Assembly (NCBI RefSeq): GCF_001194135.2 | Contig: NC_069002.1 | Coordinates: 27,708,646-27,772,645 of the forward strand | Length of the DNA: 64,000 bases | Direction of reading: 5' to 3' | Source of the DNA: Octopus bimaculoides | Taxonomy: Eukaryota | Shown here: positions 52,401-63,568 of the stretch, in pieces | Layout of the letters: each line of letters starts with the position of its first letter | Position numbering within the stretch: position 1 is the first letter of the stretch | Made by a program: the position numbers and the translations under genes | Notes under the pieces: generated by a model | What the model saw: only the letters and a program-made list of their open reading frames with translations | What the model was told of the DNA's origin: nothing | Database searches by the model: none

Positions 52401-55400
52401 CGGTGATCAACAGCAGGGAAGCTAGTCATCTATTTCAGTTGAAATATAAAAGAAATAGAAATAAAACTGACATATAATGTTTAACAGATATATTTGCAGG
52501 ATACTCCCTACATTAGCTTTTTATGACTGAATAGATCAGCTGCATTTATAGTTTCTTTTGTGATGGGTATTGAATCAGCAGCTAAATTGCTAAAAATACT
52601 ATGTGAATGTATTATGTTTAAAATACATTTGTGCAATGTCAAATCACACTTTACTGGTTCAGCCAATGTGGCAGAACTGCCACACTCTACCTCAAAGTGA
52701 TGGAAATAGCAACCAAAACTTCATTTTTTAAAGCATCTCTCACATAAGCAATATGAAATAGTTACCACGTTTTCTTATTAGTACTTTAGTGAATGAACAT
52801 GTATAAAAACAAGAAAAAGTTGAATTTAAAATTCAAAAATAAGTTATTAAAATCATCACCTGTTCTTGAATAAAATTAATAGCTAGTCGAACATCATAAT
52901 ATACAGAGTTAGCCATTTTATCAGCATTGGTGAGGAGTTGATCAGCCTGATGTGTTGTCTGCCCTTGTTTCACTAAACTATCCTGAAAGACAAGTAATAA
53001 AAGTGATTTAAAACTAAGAAAATGAGCGGGAAAAAAAATTATCTGAATTAACAAAAAACAAAGTATAATTAACTACCTTAATCCACCCTGAAAATGTTTT
53101 ATGTCCAAGTCTGGGAGCCCATCTGAGTGTGTGAAGAATATGCCCAGGACCCATTCCTAATTCTCCAGATTCAAGCATCTGTAGGTATTCCAAAGATGGA
53201 GGTAGACAGGCCAGAAGACGCCAGCAAATTATAAAGTGATAATTCATCACAGAAGCCTCCTGAAGAAGAAGAAGAAGAAGAAAATGCAAATCGAATTAAT
53301 AAATCAATAACACTGTTTCCATTATTCATTCACATCTTTATCAATAATTAACTCGGCAGGTTTTACTAGGTCAACATTGATCAACATCTTAATCATTACC
53401 TCATTATATTTACTAGTATTAAAATTGGATTGATAATGATATGTGCATATACACACACACTTTTTAAGATAATAGGGAATTGATTCGGAAAGATTTGGTT
53501 GCTAATCTAGCAGGCTAAATGATAGAGACATAGCAACCACTTAATCACATCAAATATGAAATAATTATCAATATTGAAATAAGAGCAACAAGCTAGCAGG
53601 ATCATTAGCACATTGGGGGAAAAGCTTAGCGGCATTTTGTCAATCTTTACATTCTGAGTTGAAATACCACCGAGGTCAACTTTGCCTTTCATCCTTTCGG
53701 GGTTGATAAAATAAGAACCAGTTGAGCACGGGGGGGTCAATGTAATCAACTTAACCCTTCCCCTGAAATTGCCAAAATTTGAAACCAATATTCTTTTCTA
53801 TTCTAGGCACAAGGCCCGAAATTTTAGGGGGTGGGACCAGTCGATTAAATCGACTCCAGTACACAACTGGTACTTAATTTATCGACCCCAAAAGAATGAA
53901 AGGCAAAGTCGACCATGGCGGAATTTGAACTTAGAACGTAAAGACAGACGAAATACCGCTAAGCATATCGCCCGGCGTGCTAACGTTTCTGCCAGCTCAC
54001 CGCCTTATTTGAAACCAATATTAAAATACTTTTTCCTAAAAATGTTCCTCAATAAGTGACATTCATTTTTGTAGCTTTATTAATTGTGCTAATAATTGGA
54101 TATGCTAATTTGTTGTTGTTGGCACTCCTTCGCTTACGACGTCGAGGGTTCCAGTTGATCCGATTAAAGGAACAGCCTGCTCGTGAAATTAACATGTAAG
54201 TGGCTGAGCACTCCACAGACACGTGTACCCTTAACGTAGTTCTCGGAGATATTCAGCGTGACACAGTGTGACAAGGCCGACCCTTTGAATTACAGGCACA
54301 ACAGAAACAGGAAGTAAGAGTGAGAGAAAGTTGTGGTGAAAGAGTACAGCAGGGTTCGCCACCATCCCCTGCCGGAGCCTCGTGGAGCTTTAGGTATTTT
54401 CGCTCAATAAACACTCACAACGCCCGGTCTGGGAATCGAAACCGCGATCCTATGACCGCAAGTCCGCTGCCCTAACCACTGAGCCATTGCACCTCCACAT
54501 ATGCTAATTAAAAGTGTGTTTAAAGCTACAGCATTTAAAAAGAAAAAACTTTCTCTTATTTATATATTGTTTGAACTGTAATTAAATGAACAGAAATAAT
54601 TGTTTCATTGTCAGTATGTGCTTCATTCAACATTTAGATTACGCTGTCAGATGCAATACTTATTTATTCACATTGCTTTGAGTTAATCATACATCATCTT
54701 GTACCTTCAAGATTTCGATGATGTGATTATTAATTTTTTAAATGATATTGTAGGACAGGTGTAAGAGGTTGGATCTAGCTGGCTTTGAAGGTAAAACAGG
54801 TAGAATACTTGGGCCAGTTATGGCCAGTTTAATGCCAAAGGGTTAAATGTATTCAATGTAAATTTTAGGTGCATAATAGAGATGCAGTATGATCACAGGA
54901 GAAGTTAGCAATAAGAACATCAAAAAAAAAAAAAAACATTTCTATAAATGTCAATCAGGTTCCCTCGAAGTAGCTGACAGCTTCTGTTATCCAGATGTTG
55001 TAATTGACAATGGAGAAGGGGGTTCTGAAGGTATTGCAGCTAGGATAAGCAAAGGATGAAAAAACAAAACGTTCAGGAAGCTTTATGTATGTTGGCAACA
55101 AAGGGATTTTACAGATTGTATTAACGCTCGGGTACAAAGTGTGGTGTTACATAGTAGAGAAATGTAAGCATTGAATACAGACGATGTGGAAGAGCTGCAC
55201 AGAAATGAGGAGGACATGCTCTGCTGAATGTATTTGGGGTGAGCATGCTATGATGGCTGTGTATGAGATTGACATGCTCTGATGCACGTGTAATGTATGC
55301 TTATGAATTATGGAGCAGGAATGAGAATGAGTGAAGAGTCAAGTGTAGTGTGAAGAGAAAAGACTGCACTGGTACAGACATGTGATGCATGGGGAGAATG

Positions 55401-58400
55401 TCAATTGAGGGAAGAAGCCTCAAGCAATCCAGGTGGAAGGAAATTGCAAAAGAGGAAGACATGAGAAGAAGTTGAGAATGGTTAGATGGACTGCATGTGA
55501 TGTTATCTCTGAATTACCAGCTATTTACTCAAAAAGTGAAATAAATCATTTCTTACCAGCAAGTTCAATTTTTCCAACACTTTATCACATTTGGATCCAG
55601 CCATTAATAAAACAATACATGCTTCATATAATTTGTTGTAACTGACAGTTTCTGTACTGGACAAAAGGAAACTACAAGCCTGAAGAGTAAAAGAAAAAGA
55701 AATTTTTTATATAAATTTTAATGAATTTTACATGAATGCACAAAAAAAAAATTGTCAAAGTTTTTAACTATAACAGTTAAAATATCAGAAATTTTCAAAA
55801 AAATTTCAATTAACTTTATATAAATGCATAAATAAAATTTTTGTAAGAAAATTTTTTTACTATCATCATAGAAATGTCAGAAATTATTGCAAAAAATTTC
55901 AATAAATTTTTCATGAGTACATAAATAACATTTTTGTAACAAAGTTTTTTTTAACTATAGCCATGAAAAATTATTGATTAAAGCCTCCTCAGAAACTTGA
56001 ACATCTAACTTTATGCACAAACGCATAAAGTAAAATAATTTAAAGGCGTTGTATTTCCAAGCATACAAGTCAAACTTTGAGACCAAAAGATCAAAAATTC
56101 CATGTGAAATGCAATTAGGATTTGGAAAAATGTTGATGAGAAATGTTTACACTACACATTTTTATATACACACACACACAGCGGCAATATGTAACATTAA
56201 AGACTAAATTATCAAAGGATTAATCAGAGTGAGGAAAAATAAGTACTTACCAGACCATCTACCTTTGGTGTATCTTGCATGTGCAGTTCTGTTGGACCCA
56301 AGTTGTAAAAACGAGGGTAGAAAGCACCAACTAGAAGAAAAAGCAAAATTTTTTAAAAAAATAAACTCCACATTGATTTATTATTTGTGCACAAAACAAA
56401 TTTTAAAAGACAGAGATAAAGATTAAAAGCTAAAATCCTATAAGATAATATTATTAATAATAAAACAACCAGGTATTTCTAAGTTGTTCATACTGATCTT
56501 TTCTAGGCAAACCCTTTAAAACTGATCTGAAGGCATGTGACTAAGTGTTCAGGGGTATTCAGATCATGTTCACGAGGTCATGAGTTCAATTCCCGGTGAT
56601 GTATTGTATCCTTAAGCAAGACACTTTACTTCACATTGCTCCAGTCTACTTGGCTGGCAAAAATGAGTTGTACCTGTATTTCAAAGAGGCAGCCTTGTTG
56701 CATTGTGTCATGCTGAATCTCCCTGAGAACTACGTTAAGTCTATGTGTGTGTAGAGTCCTCAGCCACTTGCACATTAATTACATGAGCAGACTGTTCCAT
56801 TAATTGGATCAACTGGAACACTTGTCATCATAATCGGCAGAATGCCAGTTCTTGAAGGACCACATAACCAAGCATACAAGTATTCACATACTCAAAGATA
56901 TGTACTGAGTAGCAAAGTCATTTTGTTAATAAACAGTTATGTTAATGCAAAGAAGACTTAAATTCTAAGAACTAATTACAAACACATACACTACAACTGA
57001 ACTTCAAGGTGCAGGTGCCATTCAACGACCACTCATCCAAGCCAAAGAAAACCATTGCAGTTATATATTGTATGGGTTATAATATCATTATCATCATCAT
57101 CGTTTAACGTCCGCTTTCCATGCTAGCATGGGTTGGACGATTTTACTGAGGACTGGTGAAACCAGAAGGCTACACTAGGCTCCAATCTGATTTGGCAGAG
57201 TTTCTACAGCTGGATGCCCTTCCAAACGCCAACCACTCCGAGAGTGTAGTGGGTGCTTTTACGTGTCACCCGCACGAAGGCCAGTCAGGCGATACTGGCG
57301 ACGGCAAATATAAATTTGCGTTATCTCATCATTTAACATCTATGTTGGCATGGGTCGAACAGTTTGGCAGGGTTCAAAGAGTCTAAAAGACTGCATCATG
57401 CTCCAATGTCTGTTTTGGAATGGTTTCTATTGCTGGATGCCCTTCCTAATGCCAACCACTTTACAAATTGTGGTGGCTACTTTTCTCTTGCCACCAGCCC
57501 TAGTAAGGTCAACATGGAGATTGCAAAACTACAAACCCCAAAGCAATAGATGGGTCGGGGACAACTTTAAGCTAGCAGATGAGGAATAAAGAGGGGTAAA
57601 GCTTGAGAGAAAAGAATGCGTATGTGGATGTGTAATCGTATGTGTTTATATAATACATCATTTATTTATATGTGTAATAATGTAGTGAAGGTGCGTGGCT
57701 CAGTGGCTAGGGCATTCAGCTCATGATTGTAAGGTCGTGAGTTCAGTTCCTGGCGATGCGTTGTGTCCTTGAGCAAGACACTTTATTTCACGTTGCTCCA
57801 GTTCATTCAGCTGGCAAAAATGAGTAGTACCTGTATTTCAAAGGGCCAGCCTTGTCACGCTATGTGTCACGCTGAGTCTCCTTGAGAACTACGTTAAGGG
57901 TACATGTGTCTGTGGAGTGCTCAGCCACTTGCACATTAATTTCACGAGCAGGCTGTTCCGTTGATTGGATCAACTGGAACCCTCGACGTCGTAAGCGACG
58001 GAGTGCCAACAACAATAAAAAAACAACAAAAATTGTCTCAAAACAACCTACTTTCTGTGGCTTCTTGGGGGCTCAGATTTTTTCGAAAATTTCCTTCAAC
58101 ATCTCTGCATGGAAAGAATTGGCTTGCTCTTGGTAAACTGGCATCTCGCTCCCCTGCTTGCCCAAGCGTATGTACTGTGAAAAGGTTCCACTGTACCTAA
58201 CATTTGGAAAATAGATAATAATGAATTTTACATTATTTTAAATGCTCGATGTAGAGAAAAACTCAAAAACTAATGAGTTTAACTTAAAAGAATACAAACA
58301 TGCAGTTACACAGTTAAGAAAGAAAAAATATGCTGTTTATATTTGAAGATCATTAAACCCTTTCATTGTTGTGTTTAAATGAAACAGATGTATTAATAAT

Positions 58401-59546
58401 CTGAAACATCATCATCATCATCGTTTAACGTCCGCTTTCCATGCTGGCATGGGTTGGACGATTTGACTGAGGACTGGTGAAACCGGATGGCTAGATGTAT
58501 TAATAATCTGAATTTAATCCTTTTGATCCCAACCTGTCTGAGACCACCCTTGGCTCTATGATACAAATTTCCTACTTTAAAGTGATCTAAATTGACACCT
58601 TTCATTAAAATTTCATTCTGATTTATGTTCCAAACACCAGCTTAATGACAAAGTTATTTCATTGAATTCTCCCCCATTTTTAACATCAACTGAAACAATG
58701 TGAATATTTCAAGAAAAGAGTATGTAAACAAAACCGATTTCACATAGCAACTACAAATTTTATTGAATTACATCATTTAACATCTGTTTTCCATGCTGGT
58801 ATGGCTTGGACAGTTTGATGGGAGCTGGTCAGCTCCACGTCTGTTTTGGCATGGTTTCTACAGCTTGATGCCCTTCCTAACACCAACCACTCTACAGAGT
58901 GTATCGGGTGCTTTTACACAGCATCAACACAGGTGCATCTACCTGGCACCAGTATGGGTGCTTTTTTAGGAATGCTCAGCTGGAGGGAGCAGGGGACATG
59001 CCTATATGCACAGGCAACCATGCTTTTACTTAGCTTGACAAGCCTTCTCAAGCTCAGCAAACAGCCAAGAGTCTCAGTCCCTTGTCAACGTTAATATTAA
59101 GAAATTGAACTGTTAATATTGTCAAGATTTATAATGTAAGGCATAAGTTAGCTTCACTAAATGAACAACTTCTAAAAATAATGTCTCATTGTAATTCAGT
59201 AAATAAAAGAAATTTCTATATCCAGACAAAAAATTTTCTACAATTGTACAGGTGGTTTAATACCTTAAGCTCTGCTCAAGAGAGGTCTCGTGACAACTAA
59301 AACGCTGCACAAAACATCACCTTTGAAATTAAAATAGAAATAAAATAATGCAGATTTTCTAGTGTTTATTACTACAGAAAACTATTATATTAGCAAAAAA
59401 AGAGGTTTCTTACTTGATCAATGAGAACAGCAGGTGGATCATAAAAATAGTGCACAAAGTAATCAAAAACTAGCATCAGACGAGACAGAGGAAGTGGTAC
59501 AGAACCAACCAGTTTACTGCAAGTAAAATATATGAGACTAGAAAAC

Positions 59547-59587
<41 letters not shown>

Positions 59588-59644
59588 TACTATATATGCA
59601 TTTTATGAGATATATATGTTCACCCCCACCCCACATATATACAA

Positions 59645-59677
<33 letters not shown>

Positions 59678-62600
59678 TACACACATGTATACTTTTTAAA
59701 CCATGCAGATAACATCCTGCGATAGTCTCAATACACACAAACATTCAGAGATTAACCAACTCAATATTTTATAGAAACATGAGTGCATTTGCAAAGATGT
59801 AATTGAATGTGTTCTTATACCAACGTAGCTGTATGTGCATTTGCAGAAGTTTCCTTGCATTGAAACAAAAGAAGATTTAACTGAAGCTGCATAGATATGT
59901 ATGTGCATAAATGCATTGACAAAATTAAACACATCTTTTTTTTTGTATTCTTCTGCACTCAGAAAATTACTGAATAATCTGACTTAAATACTGGCTACTT
60001 GGTACCTTCCTTTGAGACTATGTACAACTTCTGTCCACAAACAAATATGCAGTTAGTCTGGAAGAATATCCCAAACAGAGCCAAAATCCAAAACAGATCA
60101 TTTAGTTTTTCGATGAAGGAATTTACTCACAGAAACTACAATATATGAGGATTGGAAAGCTTAATTGAAACTAGCAGTTATACAATCATTTACAAATATC
60201 ATTTCAAAATAAATTGAGATTCATCGAGTAAGATTTTAGATGAAAAATCATAAAAACTAGCATTTACCTGTGATCTACCTGTGAAATCGCAATAAGATGT
60301 TCAGCCAGTTGCAATAGTAGAGACTTCTTCTGCATCAGAGGCAAGCTGTGGAAGAGGAACAAAAGGACCTGCAAATGTTCCACATTGACATCTGAAAAAC
60401 AGAGAAAAATATTCACATTTGGTGCATATTTTCATAAAATACCACTTTAAAAAAATGGAGAGGGAGAGAGAGAGAGAGAGAGAGAGACAACAACCTAACA
60501 AGATGTAGGCTTACACTCACAGAATATAACATTTTTGTTTCATTTTCCATTTTTTGTAGATACAAACAATATTAAGATAGAATGCAAAAGATATTTATAT
60601 AGACAGATATAATAGCAATGAATGATTCTTTAATTATACTTCTAAGACATATTTAATTAAAAACTCGTAAAAATAGAATTTAAAATATCTTAAACTGAAT
60701 AAAAATTATTGTAAATGAATGAAACACAACTGAAAATTTGAAATATTTTATCCACAAGGAAAAAAAAAAGAGAAGGGCATCACATTGGATACCATTTTCT
60801 ATAAAATTATAATAGTTTAAAGAATCCTGTGTGTATGATAAATACATTTCTCTCCAAACTGAAAAATTTAAACATGATAAATTTGGGAACAAGTAGCTTT
60901 TTGGAAAACATTCTGGAAAACTATTTAAAATGGAAAACAGTACTAACCTTCAAATTGATCAATTTTGTTATCAAAGTTTAAAATAGCTTGCTTTAATGTT
61001 CGAGTGAACTGAGCCCATATATTCATTACTTGAACCTCAGTAATACTCCTGATGATTTTGGGGGAGGTTTCTCTTTCTTTCTGTTGACGCAGAAGAATAA
61101 CTTCTGCTAGAACTGCGAGAGTGCGAGGATATACCGTAAGAGGCCAAGCCTCGGAAGTATTGGGATTCACTCCCAAGCTAATTAGAAGACAATCCTGGAA
61201 GATGAAATTTTTTTAAAAATTGTATCAGAAACAATAAAAACAAATAATTTGATTTTCATTTTAAAATTAAGTGCGTTTTGTAACAGGGTAATATGAAGGG
61301 GGAAAAAACAAAAACCCATTAGTTAGGAACAATATATTGTGCTGTCAGTTTCTTGTTCATTAAACATTTTTCCGTTGTCTGGCAGATACTGATAAAGCAA
61401 ACACAATCTGCTCTTTGCCATGTCTTGTTTATATTCTGATAATGACATGATTCGACAACCCATATGTATGAGAACTTATGAGAAATGGCAAAGAAGCTTA
61501 AACCTCAATCATGTGTTCCTTACAATGGTGGAATTAAGAGAATTTTTTTTTAAACTCCATTTTTTTTCTATTAAACTATCAAATTAATGGACATCTGTCA
61601 GTCTATAAAGACCACGGATCTGCACCAGTAGAGTTTTGTGTTAACTGCTGATGGCAGTGCAGTGTCTGCTGTGGCTGTACAAGCCCACACAAGAGTGGCA
61701 GTCTTGCATGCAGTAACTGCATTTGAAGATGCTCTCCAATGGCATTACTGAGTTTTCCTTTCTTTAAGCGCACTTTTCTGTGGTGGCAAGTTTCGGTTTC
61801 TTTCCCTTGCTCCATCCCTTTGCTATCAAATTATATACAATCCAATGGGACTGGTGCTGTAAATGCCAGAATTGTTGGCACTCTGTCGCTTACGACGTCA
61901 AGGGTTCCAGTTGATCCGATCAACAGAACAGCCTGCTCGTTAAATTAACGTGCAAGTGGCTGAGCACTCCACAGACACGTGTACCCTTAACGTAGTTCTA
62001 GGAGATATTCAGCGTGACACAGTGTGACAAGGCTGACCCTTTGAATTACAAGCACAACAGAAACAGGAAGTAAGAGTGAGAGAAAGTTGTGGTGAAAGAG
62101 TACAGCAGGGTTCGCCACCATCCCCTGCCGGAGCCTCGTGAAGCTCTTTGGTGCTTTCGCTCAATAAACACTCACATCGCCCGGTCTGGGAATCGAAACC
62201 GCGAGTCCGCTGCCCTAACCACTGGGCCAGAATATGAAAGACTTATTCAACCCTTGCCAGCATAGAAAAACATATATAAGAAGTTAGTAGGTAGTAGGGG
62301 TGAGAGAGGGGGGGAGAGCTGTTAAAACAACAAATTCAAATACAAAAAGTTTAAAATATTCTTAGAATTTAAAACAAATGTCATTATTACCTGCAAATTC
62401 TCTGATAGCGAGCCAGTTGCCACTAAACTGTGGTTAAACTTTGCCAAAGCAACTGAAAGCTCTTCATAGGTGCGATCTGTAATTAAAAATGAAAATAAAT
62501 TACTGAAGATAGTTCCAAAATAAAAAAAAAAAAAGGGAAAGAAAAACGAGACTGGAAAAATTTCAGAAATATCTTTATAACTGATATTTTTCTAGGAACA

Positions 62601-63524
62601 CACATCTCCGAAGAAAATCTCCAAGCTTAACCCATCACCATCATCATTTTAATGTCCATGCTAGCATGAGTGAAATAGAATTTATAGAAACAGATTTTCT
62701 AATGACCAGATGCCCTGCCAACCCTCACTTCCTATTTCTGTTTCCAAGCAGGATAATATTTCCCCATGGCCAGACATGTCTTTTGCAGAAGACTGGAAAT
62801 AAATGTATCACTTGTACGATGGCAACTCATTTAGAACCATCACAAGATACCATAACAAGTATAGGGATGGATACATAGTCACAACAAGCTTTTTTTAGTT
62901 TTCATCTACCAAATCTACTCAAGGCTTTGAGCAGCTTGAGTCTATAATAGAAGATTCTTGCCCAAGGTGCAAGTGTCTTCTTGATAGAAACCTTAATTAT
63001 TATAACTAGAGGTTGGCAAACAGGATGGGCATTCAACCATAGAAAATAGCCTCGACAGGTCATGTATAACCCATGCCAGCATTGAAAATGCAGATGTAAA
63101 AATGATAATGAATTAATTACAATTAACCTCAATCAGTAAATACTTCATAGTATTTAATTTTGTTTTGTATTAATGGATAAGTGTTTAATTTGATACAGAC
63201 AAATGTTACATCAAAAATTTTCTATTTAACAAACAGAAGAAAGATCGCAAAATATTACTGCGAATGCAACAATCAAAACCAATTTGAAAGAATATCATAG
63301 TAATGAATAACAATCATTATGTATACATCATTAATCACAATCAAATCAAGGTTTAAGTTTCTGATATTTCCATGAGTAAAGTTTAAAGACTAACCTGAAC
63401 CAGATCGGCAGCATTCTTTATCCAGTTCTTTGATAACCAATGCAAGATTAGACATGTGTTCTTCATTCAAAGCCTCCCTGAAAGTAGTAAATTTTGTTAA
63501 TAAAGAATATCCCAAATCAGGTGT

Positions 63525-63568
<44 letters not shown>

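Noticed and set aside
61603-61815. ORF containing EHLQMQLL, similar to UBR4 EHLQMLLL
   Set aside because: Out of order, and the true exon is at 60268-60391. Another frame gives an RTE LINE zinc knuckle.
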